In this document: positions 46,481 through 54,593 of the stretch, piece by piece | Numbering within the stretch: the first letter of the stretch is position 1 | Layout: each line of letters begins with the position of its first letter | DNA from: Candidatus Moraniibacteriota bacterium | Lineage (GTDB): Bacteria; Patescibacteriota; Minisyncoccia; Moranbacterales; UBA1568 | Assembly (NCBI GenBank): GCA_016699875.1 | Contig: CP064989.1 | Coordinates: 1,013,332 to 1,077,331, forward strand | Direction: 5' to 3' | Length of the DNA: 64,000 nucleotides | The notes under the pieces: generated by a model | What the model saw: the letters and a program-made list of their open reading frames with translations, nothing else | The model's database searches: none | What the model was told of the DNA's origin: nothing | Made by a program: the position numbers and the translations under genes

Positions 46481-48997
46481 ATGACGGTGCCATTGATGCG
46501 CGCACTTGAGAGTGCGACTCTTGGAAAAAATACGGAGAGCATCTCCAAAGAAGGAGAAGGAAAAGAGGAGAAAGAAGAGATAGGAAATGATCGCAATGTA
46601 GAAGATAAACAAAGCGAGGAAAGATTTAAGGAAAGAGCCGTGGCGATTGATGATCGTACGGAAGAACTTTCCGTCGAGAGTGTAAAAAACAGAGTGCGTG
46701 CGTGTTCCTCGGGTGTGAGTGAATTGGATATGGAAAAAGCGCTCGCCGGAAAGACGAGCGAGGAGATAAAAAGAATTGAAAACGAGTCAAGGCAGGTAGC
46801 TTCCGGTGTTGTTACGGAGAGTCTGGGCTATTTAAAGGAGATGCTGAGCAATGTTCCCGGATCGGCGAAAAGAGTTGTTGAGGGGATCGGTTCTGCGGCG
46901 GCGCATCCTGTCCGGACGGTTCACGAAACTTTCGATCTTATTTTCACCGTTCTTTCTGGGAAGCTTGAAGGGATGTTGGGATACGAAAATCTCCCTGAGC
47001 AACAAGCGCTTGAGAAGATGCAATTGGACTTTGGGAAAACGCATGGATCAATTTCTGCGGAACTCGAGACTTTTAAAAAAGATCCTGTGGGGGAAGGGCT
47101 CGCTATTGCGAGTATCGTGACGGGAGGTGTGGGTATAGCTCGCAAGGCAGCTGGTTTTGCTGGGAAAATGGGGTCCGCTGGGAGGGTTGCGGAAATCGAG
47201 CAAGCGGGAGCGATTGTCCGTACGGGAGAAGGCGTGACAAAAGCGGAACAAGCGGTATCGAGGGGTGTCCCTGTCGAAGAAACGGCGAATACTGCCTTTT
47301 CTGCTGAAAAGATAATAGGGAAAGCCGGTGGCAAGGGGGAATTTCCGGGATCTGTTTCTCTCGAAGCGAAAGTCGCTACCCTTGGTGCGGAGGGGAAGAA
47401 TCTCAATCGTATCAGAGAGGTAGAAGAGGTTTTGCCGGACGCTGAGTTTCCAGTGGAAACAGCTGATGTTCCTGTAAGTATGAATGCTACGAAAGACATT
47501 TCGCGTATCGGCGCTATTGAAAAAGCGGGAGCTCTGGGCGGAGCGGTGAAGTCGGGAGAGATGAGCGGCCTAAGATCTGAAGAGGTGGAATCAAAGAAAG
47601 AAAAATTTTTAACGGGAGAAGAACGACAGGACATTCGATCTTTCAGCAAACGGTTCGCGCCTTTTCGGAGGGATGAGCTAGCTCAAAATATTCGCGACCA
47701 GCGAAGAACTGATCGTCAGGAAAGGGCAAAAGTAACTGAAGAAAACGAAGGTCGAGACAGAAAACGTGAGGAAATCTCGACTGATATCGAAGCACTGAAA
47801 ATTCGGCAGTCTGAACTTGAAAAGACCGTTAGTGAAATTGAGCTGTCGATCCGTTCCGATAAGTCACGATTATTCTCTCGAATCCAAGAGTTTTTCGGAA
47901 GAAAGAATCTTAAGAGAGAAAGGACGTTGGAAACAACCCAAGAACAATTGGATCAGGTTCAGAATGAAATCGAAGAAAAGAACAAGCTCTTGGGCGAAAT
48001 GCAAGATATTCTTTTTGAAGAAACGCATCTTGAAAAAGCAAAAAGTGCATTAGAAGAGTTTTATGGTCGTCAGAGAGACATCAAGACAATGTATGAGTCG
48101 GAGAGTGATATTCGGGATGTTGAGAGTATTTCAAGGAAGTATAATACACTCTTCGTGCACTCTATGCCGGAGAGCAGCGTGTTTCAGAAAGGTACAGGGG
48201 TAAATAATCCAGGGATAAACACTGGAGAGGATTTTGGTGCCAAGGAAAGAGTGAATTTAATTCGTGGTATTAAGCCGACCATTTCAACCTCGACATTGGA
48301 GAATTTAGATTATGAGACAAGTAAGCGCGACGAGATGTACCAAGCCGGCGTTATTATTGGAGGTGGTCGAGTCGTGAGTGCCTATCGAGGAGATGCTGCA
48401 ACTCTTACGCACAGTCTATTTTCAAAGAAAGCGAAATACGATAGAAATCCTTTTTTGAGTGACACGAGTATACAGAATGATATTGAGGGAAGAATAGACG
48501 ACGCTATAAATAAACGATTTCCCGAGTCACCAGCAGCTGGCAAGAGAGTCTTGTCTGAAGAGGCATTGGGAAGAAGTGGTAATCCTGTTAATATAGACGG
48601 GTCTGGATATGCATATGGATGGAACGAGCTGGTTGTTGAAGATCCAAAAATTTCCGGTTTATATATACGAGAGGGGTTTCACTTTGATCCATGGAAATAC
48701 GTTGATTTAAGCGAAAGGCTTAACATCCCCTTGTACTTTTTGGGAACGGGAGGAGAGATTCGAAAATGGGATGAGGAATGGTTGTTATCACAAGCCGGAT
48801 TTGAAAGTTGGGAATTTGAAGACCGCATGAGAAAATCATCTTTTGATGAGATTATGAATTCAACTCCAAATGTCACTCAAGAAGAGAGGCTAGATATAAT
48901 TGATGACCTTCTGAAAGGAAGTATTCTTCGCGGAGAGAAGTTTTCTCGAGAAGTTCAGAATATGAAACGTGCTTTTAAACAGCGAACGGTAAAGTAA
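46481..48997 (+). CDS. large (838 aa) acidic coiled-coil-rich hypothetical protein, no recognisable domains
   Basis: Long uninterrupted ORF, E/K-rich; the central region is predicted coiled coil; the C-terminal ~240 aa are globular (…GYAYGWNELVVEDPKISGLYIREGFHFDPWKYV...). No TM helix or signal peptide. Confidence 0.6.
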   Translation: MTVPLMRALESATLGKNTESISKEGEGKEEKEEIGNDRNVEDKQSEERFKERAVAIDDRTEELSVESVKNRVRACSSGVSELDMEKALAGKTSEEIKRIENESRQVASGVVTESLGYLKEMLSNVPGSAKRVVEGIGSAAAHPVRTVHETFDLIFTVLSGKLEGMLGYENLPEQQALEKMQLDFGKTHGSISAELETFKKDPVGEGLAIASIVTGGVGIARKAAGFAGKMGSAGRVAEIEQAGAIVRTGEGVTKAEQAVSRGVPVEETANTAFSAEKIIGKAGGKGEFPGSVSLEAKVATLGAEGKNLNRIREVEEVLPDAEFPVETADVPVSMNATKDISRIGAIEKAGALGGAVKSGEMSGLRSEEVESKKEKFLTGEERQDIRSFSKRFAPFRRDELAQNIRDQRRTDRQERAKVTEENEGRDRKREEISTDIEALKIRQSELEKTVSEIELSIRSDKSRLFSRIQEFFGRKNLKRERTLETTQEQLDQVQNEIEEKNKLLGEMQDILFEETHLEKAKSALEEFYGRQRDIKTMYESESDIRDVESISRKYNTLFVHSMPESSVFQKGTGVNNPGINTGEDFGAKERVNLIRGIKPTISTSTLENLDYETSKRDEMYQAGVIIGGGRVVSAYRGDAATLTHSLFSKKAKYDRNPFLSDTSIQNDIEGRIDDAINKRFPESPAAGKRVLSEEALGRSGNPVNIDGSGYAYGWNELVVEDPKISGLYIREGFHFDPWKYVDLSERLNIPLYFLGTGGEIRKWDEEWLLSQAGFESWEFEDRMRKSSFDEIMNSTPNVTQEERLDIIDDLLKGSILRGEKFSREVQNMKRAFKQRTVK

Positions 48998-49103
48998 TAT
49001 ATTCATGTGAGGTTTTTTGTATATATACGAAGTTTTATCCATATTGCTATTCTACTTGTGTCGCCCTCGCCATTCTCTATTCAATAACTCTCTTTTGCTC
49101 CCT

Positions 49104-49388
49104 ATGCTTGATATTCAATATATTCGTGAGAAGAAAGATGTGGTTGCGAAGGCGGCAGCTAACAAGGGATTGTCGCTTGATGTGGAGCGGCTCTTGGCTG
49201 TTGATGCGGAGCGCATTTTGCTTCTGCAAGACACTGAGGAACTCAAGTCTATCAAGAATGATCTGAATGATCTCATGGCAAAGGCGACGCCAAAAGAGCG
49301 GTCGGAAATTATCGCGCGGGGAACAACAGTGCTTGATCAATTGATCAAAATGAAGAATATGATCTTTCGGAAGAGCTTTCGCTTTTGA
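49104..49388 (+). pseudogene. diverged partial copy of the serS 5' end (N-terminal tRNA-binding arm only, 94 codons)
   Basis: MLDIQYIREKKDVVAKAAANKGLSLDVERLLAVDAERILLLQDTEELKSIKNDLNDLMAK... aligns with the first ~95 aa of the intact SerRS at 52656. About 40 nt around the ATG, including 5'-UTR bases, are near-identical to 52641-52680. Confidence 0.6.
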
Positions 49389-50986
49389 GGAAAAATTTTC
49401 AGGTGCGCGAGGGACAGACGGTCAAAGAACATTTCGAGGAAACATTCTTAAAGAGAATCGGTATAAAGGACATAGAGGGTGCTATGGCGTACATCGAGGA
49501 ACGGAAGCGTCAGACGGACACGCGCAATAGATCATCCGTGCTTGATGGTTCTGTGCTGATAATGTCAAGCGATCTCATCAAGGGGTTCGATTCTCGCTTC
49601 CTTGACAAACTGCTTGATCGCGGGTTCGTTTCGCCGGAATTTGTCGGTGCGGAGACGCACGATGCAAAAACAAAATTAAAGCAGGGCGATTCGACGCCGT
49701 GGGATACCGATCTTGAGCGAGTAAAAGGAACGAGTATTTCTGAAGCGCTTGAGAGATCTTCTCTGGCGGATGGCTATGGCGATGTTGTTGCCGTTATTCG
49801 AAATCGAGGGCAATTCAATGAGACAAAGATTGGCGAACCGGCGATTGATGACGGTCGGATGGAACTTTTTGAAAGTGGTGTTATCAGGTCCGATCATATG
49901 GGCATCCGGACCGGATTTGGATCCACTGAAATCGATGCTCTTATTGCGAAGGGAGAAGTATCTGAAAGGAGTATGGATGATATTCGCTTTTCGATTGCTA
50001 AAAAAGGCTTCTATATTCCCGTTGTTGACCGTTCCGGTCGCGTGATTTTTATGCCCGGAGAATTTGACGAATACCGAAAAATATTCCGAGGTCTTGACCG
50101 GTATCACGGAGATCCGATGAGCGTGAGTGAAGATTGGAGGCAATCGCCACATGTAAACGAGATAGAGTCCATCGCTCAAACGAAAGAAAATATCGCGTAC
50201 CTTGAGAGTGCTGGAGGCGCTCTTTGCGATGAGCTCAAAGGGCTCCTTGCGGAATCAGGCATAGCTTTGCGCGCGGAGAAATTTGATGATGGAGTTGCCG
50301 GCGCGGTCGTGATCGATACCGGATCGACCGGTCGTGGCGCCGCGCTTGATGGCAATATTGACTTTGATTTTGTGCTCAAGGTGAACGATAATGATTTTGA
50401 AAAAGCAAAAGTGGCGGTGGAAAAAATGAAAGACTGGTATCCATTGGATACCTCATACGAGGTAAACGGTATGCGAACGTACCGCTTCAAGGGTTTTGAA
50501 CGCGATGGCAAGCATATTGATCTGGACGTGAGCGTGGTGAGAAAATCTGATTCCGAAAGTATGGATGCGAACGAGGCGATATCGAGAAAATATGAATCGA
50601 TACGGAAAAACTTCGGAGAAGAAGTCCTGCTGGATGTTTTGAGCAATGTGCGGTTTGCAAAAAAGAAATTGAAAGAAGCTGGCTGTTACAAGAAAGGTAT
50701 TGATCGAAGTGCGGGACAAGAGGGTGGGCTTGGCGGTATTGGTGTCGAGACATGGATATTGAAACACGATGGAGATGCTGTGCGGGCATTTACGGATTTT
50801 TACGGAAATGCATATGAGAATGGAGGTCTTCTTTCTTTCGAAAACTTCAAGAAAAAGTATAAAGTTTTTGGCGCAGGCAAAAATATTCGCGGTGATACTC
50901 GTTCGGAAAATTTTGTTGAGAAAATGGATGAGGTAGGATATTTAAAAATGGCCGAAGTGGCAAAGTCGATAGTTGAAATGAAGTAA
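49385..50986 (+). CDS. hypothetical protein with a central Pol-beta-superfamily nucleotidyltransferase motif; N-terminal ~290 aa unrecognised
   Basis: VVIDTGSTGRGAALDGNIDFDFVLKV matches the G[SG]-x(9-13)-D-x-[DE] core and resembles the cGAS/DncV-type GS...GRG..(S)D[IV]D arrangement. A likely third acidic residue lies in HIDLDVSVV. The downstream helical region reads GGLGGIGVETWIL. The ORF-track start is a TTG; the real start is uncertain (GTG at 49403 or a later ATG). Confidence 0.55.
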   Translation: MRKNFQVREGQTVKEHFEETFLKRIGIKDIEGAMAYIEERKRQTDTRNRSSVLDGSVLIMSSDLIKGFDSRFLDKLLDRGFVSPEFVGAETHDAKTKLKQGDSTPWDTDLERVKGTSISEALERSSLADGYGDVVAVIRNRGQFNETKIGEPAIDDGRMELFESGVIRSDHMGIRTGFGSTEIDALIAKGEVSERSMDDIRFSIAKKGFYIPVVDRSGRVIFMPGEFDEYRKIFRGLDRYHGDPMSVSEDWRQSPHVNEIESIAQTKENIAYLESAGGALCDELKGLLAESGIALRAEKFDDGVAGAVVIDTGSTGRGAALDGNIDFDFVLKVNDNDFEKAKVAVEKMKDWYPLDTSYEVNGMRTYRFKGFERDGKHIDLDVSVVRKSDSESMDANEAISRKYESIRKNFGEEVLLDVLSNVRFAKKKLKEAGCYKKGIDRSAGQEGGLGGIGVETWILKHDGDAVRAFTDFYGNAYENGGLLSFENFKKKYKVFGAGKNIRGDTRSENFVEKMDEVGYLKMAEVAKSIVEMK

Positions 50987-51292
50987 CAAGTATACAGCGC
51001 TCGAAAAGAAGGAATTTAACACAGTGATTCATGAAAAAGGTGTTGGACATCATGTGAAGGGGGTTTCCGAGGGTGCTGATGAAATCATTGTATTTGAGCC
51101 GGAGGATGTATGGATTGTTCGAAAAGAATCGTTGGTGGACATAGTAATGGAGAAAAATTGAAAGGTTCAGATTGTTTTGGTGCACCCATGTGTTATAAGG
51201 GAACCTTCTATAAAAGACGAAATGGGCATTTCATTGGAACTTGTCCTTTAGATAGAAAAAGGAAGAATTGTGCTTTTGAGCAGAAAAACATA

Positions 51293-51317
51293 AAGTTCTC
51301 ATTGACAATGAGAACTT
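51293..51317. promoter_or_regulatory. perfect 25-nt palindrome (10-bp arms) with TTGACA in its loop, ~20 nt upstream of the AAA-ATPase gene; candidate operator or -35 region
   Basis: aagttctcat-tgaca-atgagaactt. The arm sequence atgagaac recurs at the start codon (atgaatgagaacc). Confidence 0.35.
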
Positions 51318-51336
51318 ATGGGTGTAACCTCTCAAT

Positions 51337-52626
51337 ATGAATGAGAACCTAAAAACCATTGAAAAACGGACGCTTGTTGAGATCGCGGTGGAACAGCGGA
51401 CGTTTCTTGAATCTCTCCCGCTGTCTATTTCGCGGGAGGAGCTTGTTCGCGTACAGGCGCATATGGCGATCCCGCATACGGTGGTCATTGCCGGTATTCG
51501 TCGGTCGGGAAAGTCAACGCTTTTGCGGCAAATCATGGCGCTTTCCAAAGAGCCGTGGTACTACTTTAATTTCGAAGACGAGCGGCTCATCGGGTTTTCC
51601 GCTAGAGATTTTAACCTTTTGTATGAAGCGCTTATCGAGACCTTCGGCGAGCGACGCGTGTTCTTCTTTGATGAAATACAAAATGTCGCCGGATGGGAGC
51701 GGTTTGTGCGCCGTCTCTCGGAGAGCGGGCGCAAATTTTATATCACCGGTTCGAACGCGTCACTTCTCTCGCGTGAATTGGGGACCAAACTGACGGGTCG
51801 GTATGTGTCGCATGATCTCTACCCTTTTTCGTTTCGGGAATACCTGCGTTTTCAGGGCGTCGCATATTCTCTTGGAGACATTCTCGAGACGACGAAGCGT
51901 GCCGCGCTCAAAAGTCGTTTCAATGACTACCTCCGAGAAGGGGGGATGCCGGAATATCTCACCTATCAGTCGCCGGAAACGCTCAAGAAAGTGTATGACG
52001 ATATTCTCTATCGAGATATTCTCGTGCGATATGATATCCGGGAAGATCAGGCGCTTCGCGAACTTTCTTTTTATCTCCTCTCCAACATATCTCAGTCATT
52101 CTCGTACAATGGTTTGAAGGGTCTGTTTCGGCTCGGGAGTATGAATACGGTTCGAAGTTATGTCGGATATTTGGAAAATAGTTTTCTCTTCTCTACGATC
52201 CGCGCCTATGCCGATTCACTCAAGAAGCAAATAGCGTCGCCCAAAAAAGTCTACGGCATTGATACGGGAATGGCACAGACGATCGGATTTCGGTTTTCCG
52301 AGAACCGCGGAGCGTTTCTGGAGAATGTGGTTTTTCTGGAGTTGAAGCGGCGCGGGAAAGAGCTCTATTACTATCGAGCTGCGGATGGATGCGAGGCTGA
52401 TTTTCTTGTGAGAGAAGACAACAAAGTTGCTTCGGTCCTGCAGGTATCATGGAGCATCACGGAAGAAAAAACGCGCGAACGAGAACTGCGTGGTCTTCAA
52501 AGCGCCCTCAAGGCGCATGGTCTTCAAAACGGATTGCTCCTTACCGATGACGAACGGGACATGATCCATTCCGAAGAAGGAACGATTGAAGTGAAACCCG
52601 TTTTTGAATGGCTTTTGGAGGAGTAA
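51337..52626 (+). CDS. AAA-family ATPase with C-terminal DUF4143-type domain
   Basis: Walker A VVIAGIRRSGKSTLL; Walker B VFFFDEIQNV; ~430 aa, an architecture typical of the widespread AAA+DUF4143 family. Confidence 0.7.
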   Translation: MNENLKTIEKRTLVEIAVEQRTFLESLPLSISREELVRVQAHMAIPHTVVIAGIRRSGKSTLLRQIMALSKEPWYYFNFEDERLIGFSARDFNLLYEALIETFGERRVFFFDEIQNVAGWERFVRRLSESGRKFYITGSNASLLSRELGTKLTGRYVSHDLYPFSFREYLRFQGVAYSLGDILETTKRAALKSRFNDYLREGGMPEYLTYQSPETLKKVYDDILYRDILVRYDIREDQALRELSFYLLSNISQSFSYNGLKGLFRLGSMNTVRSYVGYLENSFLFSTIRAYADSLKKQIASPKKVYGIDTGMAQTIGFRFSENRGAFLENVVFLELKRRGKELYYYRAADGCEADFLVREDNKVASVLQVSWSITEEKTRERELRGLQSALKAHGLQNGLLLTDDERDMIHSEEGTIEVKPVFEWLLEE

Positions 52627-52655
52627 GATTTTTATTTGAAATTATTTTTCTCCTT

Positions 52656-53963
52656 ATGCTTGACATTCAATATATTCGCGATCACAAAGATGAGGTATCA
52701 AAGGCGGCAGAGGCGAAGCATGTCTCGGTGGATATCGATCAGCTTTTGGAACTCGACGCGCGGCGCAAGGAACTGCTGCGAGAGATAGAAGAACTTCGCT
52801 CCATCAAAAACGATATCAATGATCTTATTCCGAAAGCAGCTCCGGATGAGCGGGCGGAGCTGGTGCTTCGAGGCAAAGAAGTGAAAGGAAAACTTGATGT
52901 GAAAGAGCCGGAACTCAAAGAAACAGAAGAGTCATTTCGAATGCTCATGTATCTGGTCCCGAATATTCCAAGCGAAGATACGCCTTCCGGCCCGGATGAA
53001 AGTGGGAATCAAGTGCTCCGGCACTGGGGTGAGAAGCCGTCTTTTGAATTCCAACCGAAAGAGCATTGGGAAATCGCCGAGGCGCTCGGACTGATGGATA
53101 CGGAACGTGCGACCAAAGTGAGCGGTGCGCGGTTTCTCTATCTGAAGGGCGACCTGGTGCTTTTGGAATGGGCGATGATGTCGCTCGCATTTCAGACACT
53201 TACCAATGAAGAAACGCTCCGGTCTATTGCCGCTGAAGCTTCGCTTGATGTTCCGACGACGCCGTTTGTGCCGGTACTGCCGCCGGTTATGATTCGCCCG
53301 GATATGCACCGTCGCATGGGGCGACTCGATCCGGAAGAGATGTATGCACTCGAGCGGGACAATCTGACGCTCATCGGGAGTGCGGAGCACACGCTTGGTT
53401 CGATGTATGCTGATGAAATTCTTGCCGAGAAAGAACTGCCTATCCGTCTTGTCGGGTTTTCGGCGGCATTCCGGCGCGAGGCGGGATCATATGGGAAAGA
53501 CATGAAAGGAATGCTTCGCTTGCATCAGTTCAATAAGCTTGAGATGGAGTCCTTTACGACGCCGGAAGCGTCTCTCGCGGAGCAGAATTTTTTTGTGGCG
53601 ATACAGGAGTATTTGCTTCGCCAGCTGAATCTCCCATATCAGGTGGTTGCTGTCTGTTCGGGAGATATGGGAAAGCCGGATATGCGGCAGATTGATATAG
53701 AGGCCTGGATGCCCGGGCAGGGGAAATACCGCGAGACAAACACGTCGGACCTTATTGGCGACTTCCAGGCGCGTCGGCTTGAGACGCGAGTGCGCCGCGA
53801 AAACGGATCGGTCGAATATGCGCACATGAATGATGCCACCGCCTTTTCCGAGCGGCCGCTCATTGCCATTCTCGAAAACTATCAACAAGCCGATGGCAGC
53901 GTCATTGTTCCGAAAGTTCTGCGCCCGTTTGTCGGGAAGGAGGTGATTGCAGTAAAAAAGTAG
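52656..53963 (+). CDS. serS: seryl-tRNA synthetase
   Basis: N-terminal coiled-coil arm (MLDIQYIRDHKDEV...), then a class-II core with motif 2 GFSAAFRREAGSYGKDMKGMLRLHQFNKLE and motif 3 near GDFQARRLE. Downstream of the first Met at 52608; start chosen at the conserved MLDI. Confidence 0.9.
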   Translation: MLDIQYIRDHKDEVSKAAEAKHVSVDIDQLLELDARRKELLREIEELRSIKNDINDLIPKAAPDERAELVLRGKEVKGKLDVKEPELKETEESFRMLMYLVPNIPSEDTPSGPDESGNQVLRHWGEKPSFEFQPKEHWEIAEALGLMDTERATKVSGARFLYLKGDLVLLEWAMMSLAFQTLTNEETLRSIAAEASLDVPTTPFVPVLPPVMIRPDMHRRMGRLDPEEMYALERDNLTLIGSAEHTLGSMYADEILAEKELPIRLVGFSAAFRREAGSYGKDMKGMLRLHQFNKLEMESFTTPEASLAEQNFFVAIQEYLLRQLNLPYQVVAVCSGDMGKPDMRQIDIEAWMPGQGKYRETNTSDLIGDFQARRLETRVRRENGSVEYAHMNDATAFSERPLIAILENYQQADGSVIVPKVLRPFVGKEVIAVKK

Positions 53964-53992
53964 GAGTTGTTCAAATCCTGTTCTTAAATGTA

Positions 53993-54298
53993 TTGGAGGA
54001 AAGAAGGATGGCTAAGAAGGTTGCGGTATCTGGTCGGCAATACGAGTCGGTTATTCAGTTGCCCAATAAGTTCTTTGAGATTGTCAGTGTGGTACATATA
54101 TCGAGGAAAGGGAAAAATGGAAAGAAGAAAAAGCGCGGAGGGCATTTCCTCGAGGGTTCAACATCTGAACCGCCGATGTATTTCCTTCGTGAAGAAGCTG
54201 AAAATGAACTAAAGCGCTTTCAATCGGAAAATCCGGACGATCAATTTGAAGTGCGTTGTCGAGGGGTTATCGTGAGAGGAAAAGCGTACTTTACGTAG
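53993..54298 (+). CDS. small hypothetical basic protein
   Basis: 101-aa ORF between serS and tRNA-Lys; no motif; low-complexity K-rich centre. Confidence 0.3.
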   Translation: MEERRMAKKVAVSGRQYESVIQLPNKFFEIVSVVHISRKGKNGKKKKRGGHFLEGSTSEPPMYFLREEAENELKRFQSENPDDQFEVRCRGVIVRGKAYFT

Positions 54299-54485
54299 GC
54301 TATCTCTTGAAGGGTGGATCTCTCGATTTCCGTTTCTCTTGTTTATACGGTTTTCCCATTTATTCTGGTGGCGCATGCTTACGATTCGTATGGCATGCGC
54401 ATTTTTTTATTGACTCTTCTCGTTGCCGTGCTACACTCTCAAACAGGGAATTCAGCCCTGTTTTTGCTTAGGAGGTGATGTCCCC

Positions 54486-54557
54486 GGGTCGGTAGCTCAG
54501 TGGTAGAGCAGCTCCCTTTTAAGGAGAATGTCGTGAGTTCGATCCTCACCCGACCCA
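54486..54557 (+). tRNA. tRNA-Lys (anticodon TTT)
   Basis: GGGTCGG-TA-GCTC-AGTGGTA-GAGC-A-GCTCC-CTTTTAA-GGAGA-ATGTC-GTGAG-TTCGATC-CTCAC-CCGACCC-A cloverleaf. One mismatch at the top of the anticodon stem. Confidence 0.8.
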
Positions 54558-54593
54558 CCTTTCAAAACTTCCAGCGGGCAGTAAATCACACCA

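Noticed and set aside
46921-47649. 242-aa minus-strand ORF inside the 838-aa gene
   Set aside because: Antisense to a long uninterrupted ORF. S/P-rich low-complexity translation.
49385-50986. Reading the NTase-domain protein as a CCA-adding enzyme, GlnE/GlnD or RelA/SpoT
   Set aside because: The motif is in the middle of the protein, not at the N-terminus as in CCA enzymes. No (p)ppGpp-synthetase motifs, and no PII-uridylyl or ACT domains. Only a generic Pol-beta NTase call is justified.
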